Below are positions 39,503-53,289 of a stretch of DNA of 64,000 bases, piece after piece. The position numbers and the translations under genes are program-made. Source of the DNA: an uncultured delta proteobacterium (GTDB lineage Bacteria > Myxococcota_A > Polyangia > Polyangiales > Polyangiaceae); NCBI GenBank assembly GCA_963827955.1, contig CAWHDJ010000018.1, positions 1,245,297 through 1,309,296 of the forward strand, written 5' to 3'. The stretch's first letter is position 1. Every line of letters begins with the position of its first letter. The notes below the pieces were generated by a model, which was not told the origin of the DNA, searched no databases, and saw only the letters and a program-made list of their open reading frames with translations.

Positions 39503-41321
39503 ATGTCTTACGGAAAATCCTTTCGCTGCCTCGCTTCGCTGGCCGCGCTCGCCTTCCTCGTCCCCGCCGCCTGCGGGGGCAACGCCAACCAGAACGGGAC
39601 CGGGGGAGGGCCCTCCGGGGGCGACGGCACGTCCTGCGACCAGGCGATTGACATCACCGAGGTGGTCGACCGCGACGGCACCTACTCCGGCCAGGCGACG
39701 GCGACCGGCAGCTTCGACGGACTCTGCGCCTCGCAGAAGGGCAGCATCGAGTTCCTCCGCTTCGACGCGACGCCCGGCAACTACGAGATCACCCTCTCCG
39801 GGTCGCACGACAGCGCGGACGTGAACGCCGTGCTCGACGTCCGGACCGACTGCACGTCGTCCGCGAGCGAGATTGGCTGCGACCCCCACGCGGTGTCTCC
39901 GCCCACCCTGGTCGGCGTGGAGAAGGCCGGCCCCGTCTTCCTCGTGCTCTCGGGCGACTGGTACGGCAAGGGGTACGAGATCCGGGTCAAGCGGTCGCCA
40001 AAGTGTACCGCCGACTACGACTGCACCGCGAGCTACCCAGAGGCCCTGTGCGACACGAAGACCGGGGCCTGCTACGCGCCGCTCGCCTGCGCCGCGGGCA
40101 CCGGGGACTGCGACGCCGACCCGAGCGACGGGTGCGAGACCGACATCACCAAGGACCCGGCGAACTGCGGAAACTGCGGCGTCCACTGCAAGGGCCCGAA
40201 CGCGACGGGCGGCACGTGCGCGGCCTCGTCGTGCGTGCTCGCCTGCGACAGCGGCTACGCGGACTGCGACAAGGACCCCGTGAACGGGTGCGAGACGTAC
40301 CTCCTCGAGGACGGCGCGAACTGCGGCGCCTGCGGAAAGGACTGCGTGCACGGCGGCTGCCAGGCCTCGACGTGCGGCGCGCCCCCGGTCGCGCTCGGCA
40401 CGACCAGCATCGTCTCCTCGAACAGCGGCATCGCGGTCGACGCCACCAACGTCTACGTCGCCGGACAGTTCGACGCGAACACGGGCGGGGTGCTCTCCGT
40501 CCCCAAGGCGGGCGGCGCCGCCAAGGTGCTCGTGAACGACGACTGCGACATCAATTCTCTCGTGGTCGACGCGACGACGGTCTACTGGGCCGGCACGGAC
40601 TGCAACACGGGCAACTCGGCGATCAAGTCGGCGCCGATTGCGGGCGGCGCGACGACGGTGCTCATGGACGACACGACCAACACCCAGTATCCGGCCGGGC
40701 TCATCGCCGACGCGACCACCCTCTACTGGTACGACTCGAACCAGGGCACCATCTACTCGATGCCCAAGACAGGCGGCGGTCCGCAGATCCTCGCGAGCCT
40801 GCAGGGCGGACAGCAGATGCTCGGATTCGCCGCCGACGCGACGACGCTCTACTTCACGAGCGGCGACTACTGCGTGGGCACGGCGGAGCTTCCAATCGGT
40901 GCCCAAGACGGGCGGCAACCCCGAGAACATCGCGCCGCTCCCGGCGGGGTCCTCCGGGCAGCTCGCGATCTCGGGCACGGACCTCTACGTCGCCACCGAC
41001 ACGGACATCGCCCACATCTCGACCACGGGCGGCTCGCTCACCAAGCTCACCAGCGCGCACCTGGGGCCGGCCGACCCCTCCGTCACGCTGACGGTCACCT
41101 CGATGGCGATCGCGGGCGGGAACCTCTACTGGTCCGAGGGCGCCACCAACCCCTCCGTGTTCTGCCCGATCCGGGGAGGGATTTGGAAGATCCCGCTCGC
41201 CGGCGGCGCCGCCGTCGGGCTCGCGAGCGAGGAGTCCCCCGGGCCGATCGCGGCCGACGCGAGCGGCGTCTACATGAGCGCGACCTGCTCGGGCGCCGTG
41301 GCCCTGCGCGCGGGGCCGTAG
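39503..41321 (+). CDS. Secreted lipoprotein, tandem paralog 2 (same architecture). It has one frameshift near 40880.
   Basis: MSYGKSFRCLASLAALAFLVPAACGG. It is about 75-85% identical to paralogs 1 and 3 in the Cys-rich and propeller regions. Confidence 0.7.
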
Positions 41322-41477
41322 CCTGGCAGCCCATTGAAATACGAAAGAAGAGGACCGCAAGGGACGCAAGGGACGCAAGGATTCAGGTCAATTTGCCTTT
41401 CCCTTGCGCCCCTTGCGCCCCTTGCGCCCTTGCGGTCTCTCTCGGGTTTCTTCAGCGAGCTGCGCTAGGCTCCGATC

Positions 41478-43305
41478 GTGTCTTACGGACGATCCTTTCG
41501 CCGCCTCGCTTCGCTTGCCGTGCTCGCGCTCCTCGGCCCCGCCGCGTGTGGGGGCACCGCCAACAAGGAAGGGGGGGCGGGGGGAGGGCCCTCCGGGGGC
41601 GACGGCGCGTCCTGTGCCCAGGCGATTGACATCACCTCGGCGGTCGCCGGCGGCGGCACCTACTCCGGTCAGGCTACGGCGGAGGGCGACTTCCAGGGAC
41701 TCTGCGCCTCGCAGAACGGGAGCATCGAGTACCTCCGCTTCGACGCGGCGCCCGGCAACTACGAGATCTCCCTCTCCGGCCCCCACGACGACGCAGCGGC
41801 GACCGCCGTGCTCGACGTCCGGACCGACTGCGCGTCCTCCGCGAGCGAGCTGCAGTTGCATCCCCCACGCGCCGTCCACCAACATCTTCGTGGGCGTGAG
41901 CAAGCCCGGCGGCGTCCTCCTCGTGCTCTCGGGCGACTGGTACGGCAAGGGGTACCGGCTCCGGATCGAGCCGTGGCCGAAGAGGTGCACCGCCGACATC
42001 GACTGCGCCGGGCGCTTCCCGCAGACGCTGTGCGCCACGAAGACCGGGATCTGCTACGCGCCGCTCGACTGCGCCCCGGGCACGGCGGACTGCGACGCCG
42101 ATCCGGACGACGGGTGCGAGGCCGACACCACCAAGGACACGGCGAACTGCGGCGTGTGCGGCCTCTCCTGCCAGGGCCCGAACGTGAAGGACGGCACGTG
42201 CGCGGCCTCGGCCTGCACGCTCGCCTGCGAGCCCGGCTACGCGGACTGCGACACGAACCCCGCGAACGGCTGCGAGACGTACCTCCAGGGCGACGGCGCG
42301 AACTGCGGCGCCTGCGGAAACGACTGCACGCACGGCGGCTGCGCGGCCTCGAGTTGCACCGCGCCCCCGGTCGCGCTCGGCACCACCACCGCCCCGGACC
42401 CGAACGGCCCCATCGCGCTCGACGCCGCCAACGTCTACGTCGCCGGACAGATCAGCCCGAACATGGGCGGGGTGATCTCCATCCCCAAGTCGGGCGGCCT
42501 CGCCACCATGGTCGTGAGCGACGACTGCAACATCGCATCTCTCGTGGTCGACGCAGGGACGGTCTACTGGGCCGGCGCGGACTGCAATACGCTCACCGGG
42601 GCGATCAAGTCGGCGCCGATCGCGACCGGGGGGACGAAGGTCCTCGCGACCCAGAGCGTCTACAATCCGACCGGGCTCATCGCCGACGCGACCACCCTCT
42701 ACTGGCACGAAACGTCGTTGGGCGCGATCCTCTCGCTCCCCAAGGCCGGCGGCCAGCCGAAGGCCGTGGCGAGGCTGGTGGACAACGGCGTCGAGATGCA
42801 GGTCTCCGGGCTCGCCGCCGACGCGACGAACCTCTACTTCACGGCCAGGGACTACATCACGAGCACCTGGGCGCTCTACTCGGTGCCCAAGTCCGGCGGC
42901 GCGCACGAGGTGCTCGCGACGCTCCCGCCGGGGTCCTCCGGGCAGCTCGCGATCTCGGGCACGGACCTGTACGTCGCCACCGACACGAGCATCGCCCACA
43001 TCTCGACCACGGGCGGCTCGCTCACCACGTTCGCCGGGGCGAACCTGGGGTCCGCCGACCCCACCACCACGCTGGCGGTCGCCTCGCTCGCGATCGCGGG
43101 CGGGAACCTCTACTGGTCGGCGGGCGCGACCAAGGCCATCGCCATCTGCCCGACCCCCGGCGGGATCTGGAAGATCCCGCTCGCCGGCGGCGCCGCCGTC
43201 GGGCTGGCGAGCGACGAGTCCCCCGCGCCGATCGCGGCCGACGCGAGCGGCGTGTACATGAGCCAGACCTGCTCCGGCGTCTTCGCGCTGCGCGCGGGTC
43301 CGTAG
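41478..43305 (+). CDS. Secreted lipoprotein, tandem paralog 3 (same architecture). It has a frameshift near 41850.
   Basis: MSYGRSFRRLASLAVLALLGPAACGG. The C-terminus …GIWKIPLAGGAAVGLASDESPAPIAADASGVYMSQTCSGVFALRAGP is shared with the others. Confidence 0.7.
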
Positions 43306-43351
43306 CCCTATATAAGGAGGGGCGTACAGCGACGCTGGAATCGGCGGCGCG

Positions 43352-43810
43352 GGGGATCGGATCGGACACGCGCGTGATCCGATCGGCGGCACTTCCGATC
43401 GGATCGACGGCACGCTCGATCGGATCGGGGGCGTCCTCGATCGGATCGACGGCGTGCTCGATCCGATCGGAGGCGCGCTCGATCGGATCGACGGCGTGCT
43501 CGATCCGATCGGAGGCGCGCTCGATCGGATCGACGGCGTGCTCGATCCGATCGGAGGCGCGCTCGATCGGATCGGGGGCGTCCTCGATCGGATCGACGGC
43601 GCGCTCGATCGGATCGACGGCGCGCTCGATCGGATCGAGACCGTGTTCGATCCGATCGTGAGCGCGTTCGATCGGATCGGCGACGTCTTCGATCGGATCG
43701 AACGCGCCCCCGATCGGATCGGTGATCTGTTCGATCGGATCGGCGGCATCTTCGATCCGATCGAAGGCGCGACCGATCGGATCGAACACGGTTTCGATCG
43801 CACCTCGCGC
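43352..43810. repeat. Tandem array of about 22 copies of a 21-bp unit (consensus ctcgatcggatcgacggcgcg). It is open in all six frames and rich in CGATCG palindromes.
   Basis: Visible 21-bp periodicity. On the plus strand it reads LDRIDGV / LDPIGGA heptads, on the minus strand DPIERAV heptads. Confidence 0.85.
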
Positions 43811-44105
43811 GCGTGGGCGCACCCTCTGCGCGCTCCGCGCACATCGTCGCCATCGCCGATTCAAATCCGTGATCGGTGACGCGAAAAGCACGTTCCCGAC
43901 GTCGATTTATGGGTGATGGATCTGCGGAGTAAGATTCGGATTCAAATGCAACGAAAAAGCGATGGTCCACCTTGCCGATCGTCCGAGTCGAGCACATAGT
44001 CCAGGGGTCAGGAAGACGAGCGCTGCGCGGAGGGGTCTCGCTCGATTCGCGAGCGGGGCCTTCGTTCATTTCAACCGCGCGCTGCGCTCTCGAAGGGAGG
44101 TCACG

Positions 44106-44750
44106 ATGGCAACCGGTCCGTTGCGCTACCGCGCGATCCTCAACATCCTCATGCTCGATTCGAGCGACGCCGACCGCGACGACTTCGTCAACGGCATCAA
44201 CCAGGTGCTGCCGCAGTCGTCGCTCTACAAGAGCAACCCGGCGATCCAGAGCGCGTTCACGAACGTGCTCTCGACCCTCGCCACGTACAAGACCGCGTCG
44301 AAGACCGCGGCCGGCAGCGCCCAGCAGGCGAGGTCCGACGCCAACGCGGCGCAGGGCGCGAAGAAGGCCAACGACAAGGCGATCGTCTTCTTCAGGGACC
44401 TGGTCGAGAACGACGCGCAGAGCCCGGACGACATCGCCTCCGCGGGGCTGAAGCCGTACCTCGGCAAGCCGCCCCCTCCGCCGCTGGTCCCGCCGGACAC
44501 GATCGACCTCAAGCCCGGGAGGAAGGGGTCGGGCGTCACCACGGCGTCGGTGCGCGAGCCGTCGGGTGTCCGCCGCCGCTACGCCGCCCAGATCAGCCTC
44601 GACGGCACCACCTGGACGGCGCTGGCCGGGGGCGGCAAGTCCCGGAAGCTCGTCGGCAAGAGCGGCGGGACCGCCTGGGTCCGGTTCGCGCTGGTGCGCG
44701 GGCAGTCTCAGTCGGACTGGTCGAGCGCCGTCCCCATCACGTTCCCGTGA
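44106..44750 (+). CDS. Hypothetical protein (214 aa)
   Basis: SD gggagg 7 nt upstream of the ATG at 44106. The promoter region upstream (43880-44100) has unusually low GC. C-terminal beta-strand-rich region. Confidence 0.55.
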   Translation: MATGPLRYRAILNILMLDSSDADRDDFVNGINQVLPQSSLYKSNPAIQSAFTNVLSTLATYKTASKTAAGSAQQARSDANAAQGAKKANDKAIVFFRDLVENDAQSPDDIASAGLKPYLGKPPPPPLVPPDTIDLKPGRKGSGVTTASVREPSGVRRRYAAQISLDGTTWTALAGGGKSRKLVGKSGGTAWVRFALVRGQSQSDWSSAVPITFP

Positions 44751-44754
44751 CAGG

Positions 44755-46308
44755 ATGACAGCCCCCCGAGCGCGCGGCGCCCTTTCGGCGCCGCCGCTCG
44801 GGTGGCATCATTGGGGGGTGAGCTTCCTCCAATCCGAACACACTTGGACACTCGGCCGGGCCATCCTCGCGCGGGTCGCGCTCGCCGGCGCCGTCGCGAC
44901 GGCCGCAGGGTGCGGCGGATCGCCACAGGAACAGCAGCACCAGCCGCCCCCTCCGCCGCCGACGCCGGCGAAGTTCACCGTGACGGTCGCGGCGAACCCG
45001 AACAGCGTGTGCTCGGCGATCGTCACGTTCAGCCTGAAGGGCGCGACGTCGGCGCACGTGGAGGCCACGGGCGGCGAGGATCACCTGACGACGCCGGAGC
45101 AAATGGTCGACGACACCGGCAAGATCTCCGTCCTGGGGCTCGCCGCCAAGACGGACTACGAGTTCGTCGTCGTCGCGAAGGCGGACGGCAAGACCCGGTC
45201 GTCGTCCCCCGTCTCGTTCAAGACGTCGCCGCTCCCCTCGGAGCTCCTGGACGCGCACTTCGTCGTCACCGCGCACAGCGGGAAGCCTTCGCCGACCGGC
45301 TACTACCTCGTCGAGGGCACGGGCCTCAACGTCGTCGCCTTCGACGGCAAGGGCGTCATCCGCTGGTACCGCCAGTTCCACTACTTCGCCGCCGAGACGA
45401 AGATGCAGCCCGACGGCACCTTCACCACCTTCAACGGCGCCACGATGGGCTTCCAGGCCCTCCCCGGCCAGTACGTGCGCTACCACCCCGACGGCACGCT
45501 CATCGGGAACTACCAGGCCGGCTCGCCGGACACGAGCGAGCCGGGCAACCCCACCGTCTACACCGACAACCACGATCTGTTGCTCACCAGCAACGCGGGC
45601 GGGGACCACTTCCACATGATCACGTACGAGATGCGGCCCCTGGCGTCGGCCACCGCCGCCTGGCACATGGTCCAGCGGACGAGCATGGACGGCGCCATCG
45701 AGTTCGAGTGGAAAACCTGGTCGCGCTTCTCGGAGGCCGATCTGACCGACCCGCTCCCCGGGGACGCCGGGCAGGACTTCGACCACATGAACGCGCTCTC
45801 GTTCGACCCGTCCGACGACAACTACATCGTGTCGCTGCGCAACCTCGACGCGGTGGTGAAGGTCGACGCGGGCACGGGCGACGTGCTCTGGCAGATCGGC
45901 GGCAAGCAGTCGACGATGAAGGTGGACAAGGATCCGCTCACGTCCTTCACCGGCCAGCACGACGCGCACCTCTTGCCGAACGGCAACCTCCTGATGATCG
46001 ACAACGGCGTCCTGCACACGCCGCCCGAGAGCCGCGCGGCGGAGTACGCGATCGACACGAAGGCCGGCACCGCGACGCTCGTCTGGGAGTACCGCCACAG
46101 CCCGCCCATCTTCACGTCGGTCCTCGGCAGCGCGACCCGGCTCTCGAGCGGCAACACGCTCGTCGCGTTCAGCTTCATCGGCGTGGTCGACGAGGTGAAG
46201 CCGGACGGCACGCTCGTCTGGGAGGGCAAGGTCGAGGTCGGCACGGCGCCGCTGGAGGCGTACCGGGTGCTGCCGCTGCCGTCGCTGTACGAGTACGCCA
46301 CGCCGTAG
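44755..46308 (+). CDS. Arylsulfotransferase (ASST) family beta-propeller lipoprotein
   Basis: Lipobox AVATAAGCGG. Length and motifs (…YEMRPLASATAAWHM…LWQIGGKQSTMKVD…HDAHLLPNGNLLMIDNG) are consistent with the ASST family. Confidence 0.65.
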   Translation: MTAPRARGALSAPPLGWHHWGVSFLQSEHTWTLGRAILARVALAGAVATAAGCGGSPQEQQHQPPPPPPTPAKFTVTVAANPNSVCSAIVTFSLKGATSAHVEATGGEDHLTTPEQMVDDTGKISVLGLAAKTDYEFVVVAKADGKTRSSSPVSFKTSPLPSELLDAHFVVTAHSGKPSPTGYYLVEGTGLNVVAFDGKGVIRWYRQFHYFAAETKMQPDGTFTTFNGATMGFQALPGQYVRYHPDGTLIGNYQAGSPDTSEPGNPTVYTDNHDLLLTSNAGGDHFHMITYEMRPLASATAAWHMVQRTSMDGAIEFEWKTWSRFSEADLTDPLPGDAGQDFDHMNALSFDPSDDNYIVSLRNLDAVVKVDAGTGDVLWQIGGKQSTMKVDKDPLTSFTGQHDAHLLPNGNLLMIDNGVLHTPPESRAAEYAIDTKAGTATLVWEYRHSPPIFTSVLGSATRLSSGNTLVAFSFIGVVDEVKPDGTLVWEGKVEVGTAPLEAYRVLPLPSLYEYATP

Positions 46309-46325
46309 GTCGCCGGGGCGTCAGC

Positions 46326-46490
46326 AAACGCAATCCGAACCGCGCCCGGAGCGTCCCGCCGAAGGCGGGACGCGGAGGAAGCGGGGGCTGCGGCTTCCAC
46401 GACGCGCCGTCGAGCAGACCTGCGGCCCCCGCTTCCTCCGCGAGCCGCCGTGAACGGCGGCTCGCTCCGGGCGCGGTTCGGATTGCGTTT
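46326..46490. repeat. Nested palindromic intergenic element, family 2, copy C. It lies between convergent genes.
   Basis: Perfect 28-bp TIRs aaacgcaatccgaaccgcgcccggagcg / cgctccgggcgcggttcggattgcgttt. Inner inverted repeat cgcggaggaagcggggg / cccccgcttcctccgcg. Confidence 0.75.
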
Positions 46491-46513
46491 TGTGGAGACT
46501 TGCGGTGCTGCGC

Positions 46514-48302
46514 TCAGCCCCGGCCCTTCAGGTTCAGGAGCGTGAGGCGCTTCTTCAGCGCGCTCGGGGAGACGCGGAGGAGCTTCGCGGTGGCGTCGAG
46601 GTCCCCGCCGGCCTTGGCGCGCGCGCGCGCGATCTCTTCGGCCGTCAGAATCGGTCGCGCGCGGCAGGCCGAGGTCGTCCATCAGCTTGATGAGCGTGGT
46701 GCGCGACGTGCCGAGCGTGGCGGCGACGCCGCTCTGGTTGAAGTCGTGCGCCTCGAGCAGGCGGAGGAGCGCCTCGGCCGCGGCCGCGCGGAGCTTCTTG
46801 GCACGGACCTGATCCTTGGCCCCGTCCACCTCGGCGGCGAGCGCCGCCAGCGCCTCGGCCGGCAAGAGCTTCAGCACCGTCTTCTGGGCCAGGCCGAGCG
46901 TCTCCGAGGCGGCGCGGAGGAGCGCGTCAGGGACCGGGGCCGAGGCGGCGGCGTCTCCCCCTGCGGGAGGCGGGGTGGTGGTGGGCGCGTCGGCGGAGAC
47001 GGGCGCGACCTCTCCCGTGGTGAGTGCGGACGCGGCGGGCGCATCCGGAGCCTGGAAGGCGCCGGGCTGGAGGTTCATCCGCGCGGTGCGCTCCACGTAG
47101 TTCTGAAGCTCGCGGACGTTGCCGCTCCAGGCCCGCCGGATCAGGTCGGCCATGAACCCGATCGGCATCCCCGGCTTCCACGTCCGCCCGCTGTCCCAGA
47201 GCCAGGCGAGCTCGCGGTGCTCGTCCACGTGCCGGCGGAGCATGTGCACGACCAGCTCCGGCACGTCCATGCGGCGCGCGGAGAGCGAGGGCACGTGGAG
47301 GACGTGCGCGGACATGCGGTGGTAGAGATCCTCCCGCAGGCCGCCGTCGCGGACCTGCGCATCGAGGTCGCGGTGGGTGGCGGCCACGACGCGCACGTCG
47401 ATGTGGCGGCCCTCGTGCGCGCCGACCGGGACGACAACGCCGTCCTGGAGCACGCGCAGGAGCTTGGGCTGCACGGCGATCGGCAGCTCGCCCAGCTCGT
47501 CGAGGAAGAGGGTGCCGCCCTCGGCCGCGCGGAAGAGGCCCTTGCCCTCGGCGTCCGCGCCGGTGAACGCGCCCTTTTTGTGCCCGAAGAGGACGGCCTC
47601 GACGAGCGTCTCCGGCAGCGCGGCGCAGTTGACGGCGACGAAGGGGCCCGCGGCCCGCGGGCTCGCCTGGTGGATGGCGCGGGCGACCAGCTCCTTGCCG
47701 GCGCCGGTCGGGCCGATGACGAGCGCGGAGCCGCCGAAGCGCGCGACGCTCCGGATCTCGTCGCGGAGCGCCCACATCGGCTCGCTCTCCCCCACGAGGC
47801 CCATGCGGTCGTCGTCGGGCGCGTGGACGCGGGACAGCTCCAGCCCGAGGAGCACGCGGTCGCCGATGGCGACGACGGCGCCGGGATCGACGATCGTCGG
47901 GCCGGTGATCGGGGTCATGACGGGGGTGTCCGAGCCGGCATGGTCGAGGTCGACGAGCCCGAGCTGGCGGCGCGCGCCGGGGGCCGGCTCGACCTCGAAG
48001 CGCCGGCGGTCGGCGAGGAAGCGGATGCGGAGCTGCTCGCGGCTGACGTGGGGATCGGCGAGCGGGAGGGTGGCGCCGCCGAGGCCGCCGAAGGGGGGGA
48101 CGTTGCGCCCGAAGGTGATCCAGCGGGGGCCGACGGCGCCGGGCATCGAGAGCGCGCCAACGCGGTTGAGATCGCTGTGGTAGAGCAGGCGGACGCGCGC
48201 CTGGAGCTCGTCCTTGTGGTGACCGTACGCCCACGCGGACCAGCCGTCACGGTTGGATGCGTCCCGGGTCTCCGTCTGGATGTGCGTGTCGCCGCTGCCC
48301 AT
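46514..48302 (-). CDS. Sigma-54-dependent transcriptional activator with an N-terminal FHA domain. It has a frameshift near 46680, which hides the true stop.
   Basis: FHA (ITFGRNVPPFGG…REQLRIRF), AAA+ (GPTGAGKE…GAFTGA…), and a C-terminal HTH recovered in the alternative frame (…LKKRLTLLNLKGRG*). Confidence 0.75.
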
Positions 48303-48326
48303 CGCTCCCTGGCAGCGTACCGTACA

Positions 48327-52176
<3,850 letters not shown>

Positions 52177-52180
<4 letters not shown>

Positions 52181-52644
52181 CGAGTGGCCCGCCGGAGCGC
52201 CGGCCGTCGCTCCCCCCTGGATGACGGCAGAGCACGGCCGGCCACGGCCGCCATCGTAGCCAAATCGGAGGGGACCGGCGCGGCAATCGGGCGCCGCGAG
52301 CCGGGGCGCTCAGTCCGCGGATCCGGGGGCTCCCCCACGTACGGTACCGGCGCCCTCGGGAACGTCGTCCGCGTCGCCACGTCCGTCACGGTGAGCGTCA
52401 CGAGCAGGAGGAAGAGGAACACGCCCAGGATGGGCATGACGGCCACCGAGAAGCGCTCCTGGGTGATGTGCATGAAGAAGATCGCGACCAGCGTCGTCTT
52501 CACCACGGCGATGAGGACGGCCACCGCCACGTCGGTCGGGCCGAGGTGCGCGAGCGAGAGCAGGAGCGAGAGGCCCGTCAGCGCGAGGAGGGCGAGCCAG
52601 ACGACGACGAGGCGGAGCGCGGAGGATGTGTGGGCGTGAGCCAT
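52177..52644 (-). CDS. Cytochrome c oxidase subunit IV-like small membrane protein
   Basis: Three TM helices. It lies immediately downstream of ctaE, as in caa3 operons. Confidence 0.5.
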
Positions 52645-52656
52645 GATCGTGCCCCT

Positions 52657-53289
52657 TCAGCGCATCAGGTAGAACATGGGCCAGAGGAAGATCCAGATGA
52701 CGTCGATGAGGTGCCAGTAGAGCGCCACGACCTCGACGTGCACGTTGTTCGCGGAGGAGTACTCGCGGCGGAAGCAGCCGCCGCTGATCCAGAAGAGCAG
52801 GCCCATGCCGATGATGACGTGGATCCCGTGGAGGCCCGTCATCAGGAAGTAGAGCGTGAAGAACATCTTCGCGCCGTAGCTCGGGAGCTCGGCGAAGTGA
52901 TAATGGCCGGCGGGGAAGATCCCCTCGTGGAAGTGCTGGAAGTACTCCACGCCCTTCAGGGTCAAGAAGAGCAGGCCGCAGGCGACGCTGAAGAGCTCGA
53001 GCCACCCGGCCCAGCGCGGCCGCCCGCGGCGCACCTCGTGGAGGGCCAGCGCCACGGTCATGCTCGACGTGAGGAGGATGGCCGTGTTGATGGTGCCGAT
53101 GGCCGTGTTGTCGTGCGCGACGCCCAGGCCGAACTCCGCCGGGTACATCGTGCGATATGCGGCGTAGAGCGTGAACAGCCCGGCGAAGAAGAGCAGCTCC
53201 GTCGCGAGGAAGACCCACATCCCGAGCCGGGCCGCGTGCGCCTGCTTGTCGAGGTCCTCGAACTGCTCATGTAGAAGCGGTGCGCGCAT
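52657..53289 (-). CDS. ctaE: Cytochrome c oxidase subunit III
   Basis: …GMWVFLATELLFFAGLF…HVIIGMGLLFW…YWHLIDVIWIFLWPMFYL. Confidence 0.85.
   Translation of the reverse strand: MRAPLLHEQFEDLDKQAHAARLGMWVFLATELLFFAGLFTLYAAYRTMYPAEFGLGVAHDNTAIGTINTAILLTSSMTVALALHEVRRGRPRWAGWLELFSVACGLLFLTLKGVEYFQHFHEGIFPAGHYHFAELPSYGAKMFFTLYFLMTGLHGIHVIIGMGLLFWISGGCFRREYSSANNVHVEVVALYWHLIDVIWIFLWPMFYLMR

Noticed and set aside
43850-43885. A tRNA-like T-loop motif (gattcaaatcc)
   Set aside because: The flanking bases cannot form a 5-bp T-stem or acceptor stem. There is no cloverleaf.
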